Of a stretch of 31,927 nt of DNA, positions 10,180-20,268 are shown in pieces (the first letter of the stretch is position 1; every line of letters starts with the position of its first letter). The stretch is from contig CBDBIJ010000097.1 of NCBI GenBank assembly GCA_965205655.1, positions 1 to 31,927 on the forward strand, written 5' to 3'. The notes under the pieces were generated by a model. That model was not told the DNA's origin. It saw only the letters and a program-made list of their open reading frames with translations, and did not search any database. The position numbers and the translations under genes were made by a program. The DNA comes from Candidatus Latescibacterota bacterium. GTDB lineage: Bacteria; Latescibacterota; UBA2968; UBA8231.

Positions 10180-10386
10180 ATGCCAGCACAGAGTTTTCAC
10201 CTCAGAACAAGGCCTCGGATGTACCTGGCTGTCTCCATCGCTTGCGGCGTGACCGCCGTTCTCATCGAGGCTTTCATCGCGCTCACGGACGATTTCAGGA
10301 CGTATGCTGACCAGCAGCTCACCTCCGCGACTCGGCTGGCCATACAGACCGAAGTCACTCAGATGGTCAGCAGCCGCCGCGATTGA
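10180..10386 (+). CDS. Small hypothetical single-TM protein (68 aa)
   Basis: GAGG-A-run-ATG; hydrophobic YLAVSIACGVTAVLIEAFIAL; lies downstream of the sigma-54 promoter. Confidence 0.55.
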   Translation: MPAQSFHLRTRPRMYLAVSIACGVTAVLIEAFIALTDDFRTYADQQLTSATRLAIQTEVTQMVSSRRD

Positions 10387-10437
10387 GTCGCTCCCATTTA
10401 GAGACACCCAAATCGCGAAACAAACCAGGAGCCTGTT

Positions 10438-10614
10438 ATGCAGACAAGCTTGAGATGGTATAAGACTCAGCTCACCGGACTTCCACCTGAAACGCGCAAA
10501 CGCCTCACGCACCAGCTACATCGCCAGATTCGCCTCGGCGGACTCCCTTCCAAGAGGCAGTGGCGCACAGCCGTGCAGCAGGCGTTGGGGGGATATCGGC
10601 CGATCAGAGCGTAG
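10438..10614 (+). CDS. Small basic hypothetical protein (58 aa)
   Basis: AGGAG 6 nt before ATG; MQTSLRWYKTQLTGLPPETRKRLTHQLHRQIRLGGLPSKRQWRTAVQQALGGYRPIRA; fills the gap up to convergent ubiX; below the ORF-track cutoff. Confidence 0.6.
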   Translation: MQTSLRWYKTQLTGLPPETRKRLTHQLHRQIRLGGLPSKRQWRTAVQQALGGYRPIRA

Positions 10615-10640
10615 CAGCCATTATCGGCGTAGTCGCTTCG

Positions 10641-11267
10641 TCACTTATGGCGCCACGGCGTGAACAGCTCGTGCTCTATGTGAAGTAGATTCAGAGCGCG
10701 CCCGGCGATGAAGTCCGCCAGGTCGTCGAAGGAGGAGGGCTTGTGGTAGAAGGCGGGCATGGCCGGCAGCACCGCCGCCCCCGCTTCCGCCACAGCGGTG
10801 AGGTTGCGGAGCTGAATCAGGTTGAGTGGCGTCTCGCGCGGCACCACAACGAGAGGCCGCCTCTCTTTCAAAGTGACATCTGCCGCCCGCTCGATAAGGT
10901 TCGCCGAAGAACCGTGGGCGATCCCAGCGAGCGTTTTTGCCGAACATGGAACCACCACCATGCCGTGGGTGGAAACCGAGCCGCTCGCCAGCTGGCTCGT
11001 CATGTCGCTGAACCCGTACTCCACCAGTTCCCCCGCGTTCGTCACATCCTTGCCGTAGAGCCGCTGAAGCATCTCGAGGACCGTCTCCTTGTCGGGTTTG
11101 AATCCGAGCTCTTCGTGCAGGAGGTATCGTCCGTACTTGGATACGATGAGGTGAACCTTGTGCCCTCCCGCAAGGAGCGCCCGCATCAGTCTCGTAGCGT
11201 AAATCGCCCCGCTCGCCCCGGTCACCGCAACGACGATATCTCTTCGGGCCGCTTCCGGTCCACTCAT
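10641..11267 (-). CDS. ubiX: Flavin prenyltransferase UbiX
   Basis: [38 protein letters not shown] and PAFY motifs. Confidence 0.95.
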   Translation of the reverse strand: MSGPEAARRDIVVAVTGASGAIYATRLMRALLAGGHKVHLIVSKYGRYLLHEELGFKPDKETVLEMLQRLYGKDVTNAGELVEYGFSDMTSQLASGSVSTHGMVVVPCSAKTLAGIAHGSSANLIERAADVTLKERRPLVVVPRETPLNLIQLRNLTAVAEAGAAVLPAMPAFYHKPSSFDDLADFIAGRALNLLHIEHELFTPWRHK

Positions 11268-13288
11268 ATCGTTTTGCCCGCCTGTCTCTCAGATGAGACT
11301 GCCTCTGATCGCTCGCGTCCTACCCTGAGCGCCTCCACGATGGCGTCCACGTCGTAGACGCATCCGCCCCAGGTACCGCCACTGACGTTTTGCAGCGCCG
11401 CCCACAGGCGCGTGTCGTCCGGCAGCTCCTCCTCGGCCGCCAGATCCGGCCTCGGTTCGCGCCGTTCGAGAAGCTCGGCTCCCTCTTCGGCGCCGAACAG
11501 GTCATCGCCATTCCCGACGAGATCGAGGCTGCCGTGGAGCAGGCGCGTGTCGATGACGATTTCGATCAGATCGCCATCCCGAAGCTTGCCCAGGGGGCCG
11601 CCGGCCAGTGCTTCAGGTCCAACGTGGCCTATGCAGGGTCCGCTCGAGAACCCGGAGAACCGGGCATCGGTGATGACGGCGACGTCCTTGCCGTGTTCGG
11701 AGTATTTAAGTGCGATCGTCACCTGGGCGATCTCCTCCATGCCCGTACCCATGGGCCCGCAGCTGAGCAGGACCATCACATCTCCGGCCTGGATCTGCTT
11801 GCTCTTGATGGCTGCCATGGCGGCGCGCTCGGTCGTGTAAACCCGGGCCGGGCCGCGCTGGCGATAGACGCCGTTTTCATCGAGCGAGTCCGGATCGATG
11901 GCCGTGCTCTTCACGACCGAACCCTCGGGCGCCAGGTTCCCAAGGGGGAAGCAAACAGTGCTCGTCAGCCCCCCTTTGCGTGCCCTTTCGGGAGACATGA
12001 TGACATCGTCCGCGTCGACGCCATCCGCCGCGGCCAGGGCGCGGCGAAACCGCTCGCGGCGCTCGCAGCCCGACCACCAGTCCAGATTTTCACCCACCGT
12101 GCGTCCCGTGACCGTGAGGGCCTCCTCTTCCAGCAAGCCGAGCTGCCGCAGCTGCAGCATCACTTCGGGGACACCTCCTGCCATGAAGGCTCGCACGGTG
12201 GGGTGATAATCAGGGCCGTTGGGGAGAACGTCCACCAATCGCGGCACCAGCCGGTTCACCCGGTCCCAGTCCTCCACCGTGGGTCTGCGTCGACCCGCGG
12301 CGTGAGCCACCGCCGGCACGTGCAGGATCAGATTCGTCGACCCGCCGAAAGCGGCGTGCGTCACCATCGCATTGTGAAACGCCGCGTCAGTGAGGATATC
12401 GTTCGATCCGATTCCCCTCGATTCGAGGCCGAGTATCGCCCGCCCGGTCCTGGTGGCCATATCGAACCATACCGGCTCTCCCGACGGCGCCAGGGCCGAA
12501 TGCGGTAGAGCCAGCCCCAGCGCCTCGGCGACCACCTGCGACGTTGCCGCCGTGCCGAGGAATTGGCAGCCACCCCCTGCAGTGGCGCAGGCCCGGCATC
12601 CCAGATCGTTCACTTCCTCTATCGTCATTTCCCCGTGGGCAAGGCGGACGCCGACGGACTGGATCTTGCCGGCATCCTCACCGTGTTCCGGCGGCAGGGT
12701 GACGCCTCCCGGCACGATCGCCACCGGCATGGCGCGAACCCCGGCGAGCGCGATCATCATTGCCGGCAGGCCCTTGTCGCAGGTACCGACGCCGATCACA
12801 CCCAATCCCGTGGGCAAGGATCGAATCAGCCGGCGCAGAACGATGGCGGCGTCGTTGCGATAGGGCAGGCTGTCGAACATGCCCGTCGTGCCCTGCGTGC
12901 GCCCGTCACATGGATCGGAGCAGTAGCCTGCGAAAGGGATCGCGCCGAGTCGGCGGATCTCCCAGGCCGCCGCTTCCATGAGCAGCCCCACCTCCCAATG
13001 GCCGGTATGGTAGCCCAGAGCTATTGGCGAGCCGTCCCGTGAGCGGATGCCACCCATCGTACTGAGGATGAGGAACTCCTTGCGACCCAGTTCGGACGGA
13101 TTCCAGCCCATGCCGGCATTCTGGCTGTAGGCGAAGATGTTGCCGCTCGGCGAGCTCACCACCTCTTCGATCTGTAGCGGCAATTTTCCCTGTGGACCTG
13201 GCGCTTTCGTCCGCATCTCGTAGACGGAATCGTCGTCGGATTCGACGATCGCCTCGAAGCCCGGCAGCTGTCCGTTTCCGTCGTTCAC
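11264..13288 (-). CDS. YjhG/YagF-type (IlvD/Edd family) sugar-acid dehydratase, D-xylonate dehydratase-like
   Basis: [45 protein letters not shown] and TDARFSG; GTG 13288 chosen, 16 bp after mqnP stop. Confidence 0.88.
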   Translation of the reverse strand: MNDGNGQLPGFEAIVESDDDSVYEMRTKAPGPQGKLPLQIEEVVSSPSGNIFAYSQNAGMGWNPSELGRKEFLILSTMGGIRSRDGSPIALGYHTGHWEVGLLMEAAAWEIRRLGAIPFAGYCSDPCDGRTQGTTGMFDSLPYRNDAAIVLRRLIRSLPTGLGVIGVGTCDKGLPAMMIALAGVRAMPVAIVPGGVTLPPEHGEDAGKIQSVGVRLAHGEMTIEEVNDLGCRACATAGGGCQFLGTAATSQVVAEALGLALPHSALAPSGEPVWFDMATRTGRAILGLESRGIGSNDILTDAAFHNAMVTHAAFGGSTNLILHVPAVAHAAGRRRPTVEDWDRVNRLVPRLVDVLPNGPDYHPTVRAFMAGGVPEVMLQLRQLGLLEEEALTVTGRTVGENLDWWSGCERRERFRRALAAADGVDADDVIMSPERARKGGLTSTVCFPLGNLAPEGSVVKSTAIDPDSLDENGVYRQRGPARVYTTERAAMAAIKSKQIQAGDVMVLLSCGPMGTGMEEIAQVTIALKYSEHGKDVAVITDARFSGFSSGPCIGHVGPEALAGGPLGKLRDGDLIEIVIDTRLLHGSLDLVGNGDDLFGAEEGAELLERREPRPDLAAEEELPDDTRLWAALQNVSGGTWGGCVYDVDAIVEALRVGRERSEAVSSERQAGKTI

Positions 13289-13304
13289 GAGGACTGCGCG
13301 CTGG

Positions 13305-14195
13305 CTACAGGAGGAGAAGGAACTGACGGTCGCCGAGCAGCAACAGATCCGCGATCGTGAAGGCGAAATAGGCGATGCTGACAATGCTGTTCATGGTCAT
13401 GAACGCCGTGTTCACCTTGGTGAGGTCGTCGGGCCGCACAAGCAGGTGCTCGTACGCCAGCAACCCGGCAATCAGGATAACGCCGGCGAAATAGACCATC
13501 TCGAGCTCCATGAGATGGCCGAGAGTGACCATGAATGCGACCGCCAGGATGTGGAGGACACGCGCGGCCTGCAGCGAGCGCCCCAGACCGAAGCGAACCG
13601 GAATGGAGTGAAGCCCCGATCTGCTATCGAATTCCAGATCCTGGCAGGCGTAGAGGATGTCGAAGCCGGCGACCCAGCTGAGAACCGCGAGCCCGAGGAC
13701 GACGGGCGGAAGATCGAAGCGGCCGGTCACCGCGATCCATGCCCCCAGCGGGGCCAGAGCGAGGCAGGAGCCGAGCATGACGTGGGAGAGCCAGGTAAAT
13801 CGCTTCGTGTACGAATAGAGCAGGACTGCGGCGATGGCGACCGGCGACAAGGACAGGCACAGCGGGTTCAGTTGGGCGGCGGCGACAACGAGCGCCGCCG
13901 CTGACGCGACAACGAAGAGGCCGGCGGCCACAGGCGACACGGCTCCTCGCGGCAATTCTCGGTTTTGCGTTCGCGGGTTGGCTGCATCGATGTGCCGATC
14001 AGCGATGCGGTTGAAGCCCATGGCGGCGCTCCTGGCGCAGACCATGGCGACGACGATCCAGCCGATCTGACGCAGGCTGATGCCCTCGATTGTTGCCGCC
14101 AGGGCGGCGCCGCTCAAGGCGAAGGGCAGAGCGAACACACTGTGAGAGAATTTGATCATGCGGCCGTAGACGACGACCGGATCGAGCAGGCTCAC
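13305..14195 (-). CDS. mqnP: UbiA-family prenyltransferase of the futalosine pathway (MqnP)
   Basis: [34 protein letters not shown] and [11 protein letters not shown] 14195 overlaps mqnA TGA. Confidence 0.88.
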   Translation of the reverse strand: MSLLDPVVVYGRMIKFSHSVFALPFALSGAALAATIEGISLRQIGWIVVAMVCARSAAMGFNRIADRHIDAANPRTQNRELPRGAVSPVAAGLFVVASAAALVVAAAQLNPLCLSLSPVAIAAVLLYSYTKRFTWLSHVMLGSCLALAPLGAWIAVTGRFDLPPVVLGLAVLSWVAGFDILYACQDLEFDSRSGLHSIPVRFGLGRSLQAARVLHILAVAFMVTLGHLMELEMVYFAGVILIAGLLAYEHLLVRPDDLTKVNTAFMTMNSIVSIAYFAFTIADLLLLGDRQFLLLL

Positions 14196-15058
14196 GTAAT
14201 GCTCCGTTCGAAGAACCTCAGCTCGGGTGGCTGTCCTATCAGTTTGTGCGCGTGTGCGAGCCGATAGAACCTCTGCAAACCCGCTATCTCCTCTGGACCG
14301 AATCCAAAGGAGATATGGTCCCGGAGATAGCGCTCGTACAAATCTGCCGATCCGGCTCGCTCTCTTTGGAAAGCGCGGGCAATTTCCTCGACTCGCTCTT
14401 CGCCGCAGCGTTTCGCTCGAATCAGGGCTTCCACCTGTGATCCAGTCACCGCGTCCTTCCGGCCCGCCCAGAATGCGAACACGAATGGATGACCGGAAAA
14501 CTCGACCCATTCACGGCCGAGGTCCAGGCTGCGGCGATGGCTGTTTGGCTTCTCGTCCACGGTTTCTCCATTGGGCACCGCGCCATTCGGCGCTCCGTAG
14601 ACGGCGGCATCCACGAGTGGTAGGACTGGATCGCCGATAAGCAGTGCCCCGTCGGCCGTGTGAAGCATGGCGTCCAGATCGGGTGGTGCCAGATGAAAGT
14701 AGGGCTCGAGGCCATATCGCTCCTTCAGCAGTATTCGCAGCAGCGCCACTGACGTCTGCGAGCTCCGGTCGACGGCGACCCGCTTGACGTTTTCGAGCTC
14801 TCCCCGAAAAAACAGACGTACTGTCAGTGCCTCACTGCGACAACCGATGGCGACATCGGGAACGATGTAGTAGGGAATCTGACTGCAGGCGTACTCGATC
14901 GAGGGGATGAGTCCGAGATCCACCCTCCCCTCGCGCAGGTCGGCGGCGCAGGCGGCCGGCACGTCGTAGCGCAGCTCGAAGGGAGCGCTGTCCCGTTCCA
15001 GCTCGATGGTGAGGGGGCGCGTGTTGAGATAACTGACCGCTCCGAGGCGGACTGTCAT
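14192..15058 (-). CDS. mqnA: Chorismate dehydratase MqnA
   Basis: LGAVSYLNTRP, SSQTSVAL, LLIGD, DLGREW and PFVFAFW; ATGA overlap with mqnC. Confidence 0.92.
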   Translation of the reverse strand: MTVRLGAVSYLNTRPLTIELERDSAPFELRYDVPAACAADLREGRVDLGLIPSIEYACSQIPYYIVPDVAIGCRSEALTVRLFFRGELENVKRVAVDRSSQTSVALLRILLKERYGLEPYFHLAPPDLDAMLHTADGALLIGDPVLPLVDAAVYGAPNGAVPNGETVDEKPNSHRRSLDLGREWVEFSGHPFVFAFWAGRKDAVTGSQVEALIRAKRCGEERVEEIARAFQRERAGSADLYERYLRDHISFGFGPEEIAGLQRFYRLAHAHKLIGQPPELRFFERSIT

Positions 15059-16279
15059 GAAGCTGCGCGCCCCTGGGCTCGCTCCTCTCGGGCATCGCCG
15101 CCCTTGCCCGCGAAGTCGCGGTCGCGGTCGCGGGCTCCCGGCCCGCCCTGCCAATTGAGAGCTTCGACCCGTGGCTTGGTCGATACGCGCTCGTAGCGCG
15201 TATCGCGCCGCTGGGGTTCGTAGCCGGCATCGCGGATGAGGCGCTCCATTGTCTCCAGATCCATCTCGTTCGTGTGACTCGTGCCGGCGGCGCTCACCAC
15301 GTTCTCCTCGAGCATGGTGCTGCCGAAGTCGTCGATTCCGTAGTTGAGGCTGACTTGGGCGATCTTCGGGCCCTGGGTGACCCACGATGCCTGGAAATGG
15401 TCCACGTTGTCGAGAAAGAGCCGCGAAACGGCCACCGTCCGCAGATGATCAAAGCCTGTCGCCTTGACGCCGTTCCAGCGCGACCTGTCGATTCCGAGAT
15501 CCGTTTCGTCCGGCTGAAAGCTCCAACTGATGAAGGCGGTGAAGCCACCTGTTTCATCCTGCAAATCGCGCACCTGCTGCAAATGTTCGATCCGATGTTC
15601 GGTGGTCTCAACGTGGCCGTACATCATCGTCGCCGTCGTTCTCATGCCGATCCCGTGGGCGATGCGGTGCACCTCCAACCACTCGTGCGTGCGGTCTTTG
15701 CGGAAACCGATGATGTCGCGGACGTCGTCGTTGAGAATCTCGGCGCCGGCCCCGGGAATCGAATCCAGGCCGGCGTCGCGCAGCCGGCGGATGGTCTCTT
15801 CGAGGGACAGCCTCGAGAGGTGGGCGATGTAGATGATTTCTGTCGCCGACAGGCAGTGCAGCTGAAGCATGGGATAGCGGTCGCGGATCTGACTCAGCAG
15901 ATCCTCGTAGTAGTCAAGCCGCAGTTTCGGATTCAGCCCTCCTTGCATGAGGATCTCGCACGACTTGGGTTCCTCTCCACCAAAGGCAACGAGCTCGTCA
16001 ATTTTGGCGAAAATTTCCTCGTGCGGCAGCACGTAGCCATCGTCCGAGCCGGGCGGCCGGTAGAAGGCGCAGAAGTCGCATCTCACCCAGCACACGTTCG
16101 TGTAGTTGATGTTGCGTCCGACGTTGTAGGTGACCACCGGCTCGGGATGGCGCTGGCGGCGCACCCCAGTTCCCCAGCATCCCCAGCTGCGCCAGGTTCG
16201 GATGCTCAAACAACCGCCGCGCATCGTCTGTGGTGAGACGCTGCCCCCCATAAACCTTGCTGGCAATATCATCAATCAT
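15055..16279 (-). CDS. mqnC: Cyclic dehypoxanthine futalosine synthase MqnC (radical SAM), with a +1 frameshift near 16165
   Basis: RNINYTNVCWVRCDFCAF, LMQGG, SWVTQG and DFGSTMLEENVV. The N-terminus MIDDIASKV...LGMLGNW (ATG 16279, GGGGGA RBS) is in another frame; removing one G from the run at 16164-16167 joins them. Confidence 0.9.
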
Positions 16280-16317
16280 GTGGTTCCCCCGACGGAAGTT
16301 TCGACCAAGTCGAAACT

Positions 16318-17469
16318 TCAAGCGATCGAGTCTTGTTCGATCGCCAAACTCCGAGAGATCGGACCGGAGGTCCGATCTCCAACTTCGTTGTAGAGACTGT
16401 CTCGCTCCACCGGCTCGCGGCCCGCTTCGGTAATGCGCTGCAGCAGCTCCCGCTGGGTCAGCCGCTGCTCCGTTTCCTCGGGGCTTCTCCGCGTGATCTC
16501 GTAATCCATTATGGTTCCATCGATGTCATTCGCCCCGTACCACAGCGCCACCTGTGAGATCTCGATCGTGTTCATGATCCAGAACGTCTTGATGTGCGGA
16601 ACGTTGTCCAGCATCAACCTCGCCACCGCGATCTCCTTGAGGTCGAGCACCCCAGTGGGCCCTGGCAGATCATCGATTTCCGTGCGCTCCGGATGAAACG
16701 ACAGGGGGATATAGGCGAGAAAGCCGCCCGTCTCGTCCTGCACTTCGCGCAATCTCGCCAGGTGATACACCTTCTCTTGCGTGTTCTCCACGTGCCCGTA
16801 GAGCATGGTGGCGTTAGAGGGCAATCCCGATCTGTGCGCCGTCGCCGCGATGCGCAGCCACTCCTCTGAGTCCGCCTTCGTCCAGAACAGGTCATCCTGA
16901 ACTCGATCGCTAAACACCTCAGCGCCCCCCCCAGGCAGCGACTCGAGGCCGGCCTCCCTCATGTCGGCGAAGACTTCCTCGAGTGGTTTGCGCGCGATGC
17001 GCTGGATCTGAGCCAGCTCGATCATCGTGAAAGCCTTGAGGTGCGCCTCGGGACGGGCATGTTTCATCGCCCGCAGCACCTCGAGATAGTACGAGTAGGG
17101 CAGCTTCGGGTTTACCCCCCCCACCATGTGGATCTCCGTGATCGGCGATTCGGAATACGCCAGGATCCGTTCCTGGATCTGCTCCGGAGACAGGGAGTAG
17201 CCCCGCTCGTCCTTGGCCTTCACGTAGAACGAACAAAACTTGCACAGCTTGTTGCAAATGTTCGTGTAGTTGATGTGCTGGTTGCGAACGTAGTAGGTGG
17301 TGTCCCCGTGCCGCCGCTCCCTCACCACGTTCGCCAGGTGGGCCAGCACCGGCAGATCGGTGCAGCTGTAGAGTTCCAGCCCGTCGTCCGCGCTCAGACG
17401 CTCGCCGGAAAGCACCTTCCGGTGGATCTGCGACAGTCCAACGCGTGCAATCAGGTCTTCGGCAATCAC
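16318..17469 (-). CDS. mqnE: Aminodeoxyfutalosine synthase MqnE (radical SAM)
   Basis: HINYTNICNKLCKFCSF, EIHMVGG, PGGGAEVF, NATMLYGH, HIKTFWIM and GANDIDGT. Confidence 0.92.
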   Translation of the reverse strand: MIAEDLIARVGLSQIHRKVLSGERLSADDGLELYSCTDLPVLAHLANVVRERRHGDTTYYVRNQHINYTNICNKLCKFCSFYVKAKDERGYSLSPEQIQERILAYSESPITEIHMVGGVNPKLPYSYYLEVLRAMKHARPEAHLKAFTMIELAQIQRIARKPLEEVFADMREAGLESLPGGGAEVFSDRVQDDLFWTKADSEEWLRIAATAHRSGLPSNATMLYGHVENTQEKVYHLARLREVQDETGGFLAYIPLSFHPERTEIDDLPGPTGVLDLKEIAVARLMLDNVPHIKTFWIMNTIEISQVALWYGANDIDGTIMDYEITRRSPEETEQRLTQRELLQRITEAGREPVERDSLYNEVGDRTSGPISRSLAIEQDSIA

Positions 17470-17552
17470 AGACTGCGACTCTTGGAGGGGTCAAGCCAGC
17501 GGGATGTCCGGACCAGCGGCGGGGCGATGGAATGATATCGAACGCTCATCGG

Positions 17553-18305
17553 TCAGTCAACAACTCTCTTTCGGCTATGCGGATGCTCCTTGCGACCCTG
17601 ATAAACGGCGCAGATGCCGAAGGTCAGAGGTGTTACCCGCGCTTGTGAAAAGCCAACTTCCTCCATGAGCTTGAGAAATTCTCCACCCTGGGGACTGTTT
17701 CCCACCGATTCGGGGAGATAGGCGTACGCCTGGCGATTGCCCGAGATCAGTCCGCCGACGACCGGTAGCACGTGACTGAAATAGAATCGATACAAGTGAC
17801 TGAACAGTGGCACTTGCGGCTGGGTAAATTCGAGGACGAGCAGCTCCCCGCCCGAGTCGAGGACGCGCCAGGCTTCTCGAAGACCCGTGAGGATATCCCC
17901 GAAGTTGCGCACTCCGAATGCAGCGGTGGCGAGATCGAAGCTGCCGTCCAGGAAGGGTAGTTTTTCGGCGTCCCCACCCATCAGCGCAATCTGATTCTCC
18001 AAGCCGCGGCTCGACACCTTGTCCGCGCCGATATGCAGCATGTTCGTCGCGACATCGACTCCGACGACCTGTAGCGGCCCGAGCGCGAGTGCGGCGAGCG
18101 CGAAGTCGCCTGTTCCCGTGGCCAGATCGAGCACCCGCTCGGCTCGCTCGTGCTGCACGAGCTGAAGGGCTCGTCGCCGCCAGTAGAGATCCACACCCGC
18201 GCTCAGCAGATGGTTGAGCAGATCGTAGCGCCCGGCGATGTCCTGAAACATCTCCCGGACGCGTCGCTTGCGCTCGGCCCGGATATCCTTATCGTTCGCG
18301 TTCAA
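17553..18305 (-). CDS. ubiE: UbiE/MenG demethylmenaquinone methyltransferase
   Basis: YDLLNHLLS, LDLATGTGD, FGVRN and AYAYLPES; TTG start with GGGGGTGG RBS. Confidence 0.93.
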   Translation of the reverse strand: MNANDKDIRAERKRRVREMFQDIAGRYDLLNHLLSAGVDLYWRRRALQLVQHERAERVLDLATGTGDFALAALALGPLQVVGVDVATNMLHIGADKVSSRGLENQIALMGGDAEKLPFLDGSFDLATAAFGVRNFGDILTGLREAWRVLDSGGELLVLEFTQPQVPLFSHLYRFYFSHVLPVVGGLISGNRQAYAYLPESVGNSPQGGEFLKLMEEVGFSQARVTPLTFGICAVYQGRKEHPHSRKRVVD

Positions 18306-18348
18306 CGCGTTCCACCCCCTTTCCTACAGGCAGAACCCCGGTACCGGG

Positions 18349-19731
18349 ATGGCAGAATCCGTCACCGCTTCCTTTCTGATCGTCAGTGGCGAGGAGACCC
18401 TCGCCAAGGCCCTGAAAGAGGCGCTGCATGGACGCAGCTCCGTCATCGAAAAAGCCGCGGATCAGTCTGACATCACCCACCGACTCGAGCGGCGCAGCTT
18501 CGACATCGCCTTCGTCGATCTCGACACACCCGGGCTGAGCCTCGACGATGCCATCGCTCTCATCCACGAGCAGACACCGCAAACGGAAATCATCCTCGTC
18601 CCCGCCCGTCAGCACACGGATGTAGCCGTCGAGGCGATAAAGAAAGGCGGCTACGACTTTCTCACCAAGCCCGTCGACGCCGACCACCTCGGGCTCCTCG
18701 TTGAGCGAGCGATGGAGCGCGTCAGGCTGCTGGAGGAAAACCGCGAACTCCACAGTCGCCTCGAGAAACGGGTCGGCGGCACTGAGACCTTCCGTCGCAT
18801 CGTCCGTCACAGCCCCGCCATGCAGAATGTCACTCGCACGGTGAAACAGGTGGCAATGTCCGATGTGCCCGTGTTGCTGCGCGGCGAAACCGGCGTCGGC
18901 AAGGAGCTGATCGCCCGCACCATCCACGAGCGCAGCCGTCGAGCTGCTGGGCCATTCGTGGCGGTCAACTGTGGCGGCTTTACCGAAGACCTCTTTTCTA
19001 GCGAGATATTCGGTCACGTCAGGGGTGCATTCACCGGTGCTCATGCAGACCGCCCGGGCCGCTTTGCGCTGGCGGAGCGCGGGACCCTCTTTCTCGATGA
19101 AATCGGTGAGGTGCCGCTCAAGAATCAGGTGGAGCTTCTTAGAGCCCTCGAGGCGAAGGAGTATCAGCCCCTCGGCGATACCACAATTCACATCGCGGAC
19201 GTCCGCATCATCGCCGCCACGAACCGCGATCTCGAAGCCGGCGTAAAGACAGGCGTCTTTCGCGAGGATTTGTACTACCGGCTCAACGTCATTCCCATCG
19301 ACGTACCACCCCTGCGGCTGCGACAAGAGGATATCCCCATCCTCGTCGAGACCTTTCTGGAAGAGTCGTGTCGGGCGTACGAGCAGGCCCGAAAGAAGGT
19401 GAGCCCGGAAGCTATGGAGCTGCTCGTCACCTATCCGTGGCCCGGCAACGTTCGCGAACTGAGAAATGCGATTCAACGATTGGTTGTGACCTCTCCTGGC
19501 AGCGCCATCTTGCCAGCGCATATTTCCGAGGTTCTCGGAGAATCTCCCGTCGATGCGGAGTCGAACCGCGACTTCCGAGTGCCCTTGGGCACGACCATCC
19601 GCGACGTAGAGGCTGAGTTAATTCGCCAGACACTGCAACGCGTCACATCCAATCGCCGGCAAGCCGCCTCCATACTCGGCATCAGCGTGCGCTCTCTCCA
19701 GTACAAAATCAAGGAGTACGACTTAAAATAG
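18349..19731 (+). CDS. Sigma-54-dependent response regulator (REC-AAA+-HTH, NtrC/AtoC family)
   Basis: [38 protein letters not shown] and Fis-type HTH; ATG 18349 avoids overlap with ubiE. Confidence 0.93.
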   Translation: MAESVTASFLIVSGEETLAKALKEALHGRSSVIEKAADQSDITHRLERRSFDIAFVDLDTPGLSLDDAIALIHEQTPQTEIILVPARQHTDVAVEAIKKGGYDFLTKPVDADHLGLLVERAMERVRLLEENRELHSRLEKRVGGTETFRRIVRHSPAMQNVTRTVKQVAMSDVPVLLRGETGVGKELIARTIHERSRRAAGPFVAVNCGGFTEDLFSSEIFGHVRGAFTGAHADRPGRFALAERGTLFLDEIGEVPLKNQVELLRALEAKEYQPLGDTTIHIADVRIIAATNRDLEAGVKTGVFREDLYYRLNVIPIDVPPLRLRQEDIPILVETFLEESCRAYEQARKKVSPEAMELLVTYPWPGNVRELRNAIQRLVVTSPGSAILPAHISEVLGESPVDAESNRDFRVPLGTTIRDVEAELIRQTLQRVTSNRRQAASILGISVRSLQYKIKEYDLK

Positions 19732-19775
19732 CCGTCCTTCAGCCTCAAAATCACGGCTCAGACGTTTTATTGGAC

Positions 19776-20194
19776 GTGCAAGATTTGCATTTTTCGGACT
19801 TTCTACCCATAGTCGAACTCGGAATGGATGTCTGCCCGTTCTATAACTTTTATATCTACAGATCGTTACGATAATACTATCAATTCTGGCATCGTATTTG
19901 CGTATTAGGGGTCAGCGATCAACTTCGTGATCTTCATCACGATGCGGGTCGCCGTGAGTGGATTCATTAACTAACGGAACTTAAATCAGTTAAGCTGGAT
20001 CCTCTCAGGGCTCGACCGTTTGTCGGAACAGCCTGAATTAATTCGTCTTGGCGGGCGCCGCAAGGAGAAATGCAGGTTTTGCACCATTGATTTTCTGCCT
20101 GTGCTCCGCCATAACTACCTTGCTTTGCTGATGTTATCTGATGCAGATCAAGTGCATCTGTCACCGCTGCCTGCAAGCGATGCAAATTCTGCAC
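19776..20194. promoter_or_regulatory. Three copies of the quasi-palindrome ATGCA-N5-TGCAC (candidate enhancer-binding sites)
   Basis: 19776-19790 (reverse: ATGCAAATCTTGCAC), 20070-20084 (ATGCAGGTTTTGCAC), 20180-20194 (ATGCAAATTCTGCAC). Confidence 0.6.
19887..19901 (+). promoter_or_regulatory. Sigma-54 (-24/-12) promoter
   Basis: TGGCATCGTATTTGC: GG-N10-GC, preceded by an AT-rich tract, just downstream of an activator gene. Confidence 0.78.
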
Positions 20195-20268
20195 ATTCCG
20201 CGCTGGCCGCGGGGCGGAATGGTGAATCAATGCAGTTCAGCATGTCAGCCGTTTTTTGAGGAGGGCCA

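Noticed and set aside
15117..15132. GCGGTC micro-repeat at the end of mqnC
   Set aside because: Short low-complexity RDRD tail with no sign of function.
19913..20040. 6S RNA or CsrB-like identity for the structured leader
   Set aside because: Too short and lacking a clear central bubble for 6S; most GGA motifs are not in hairpin loops.
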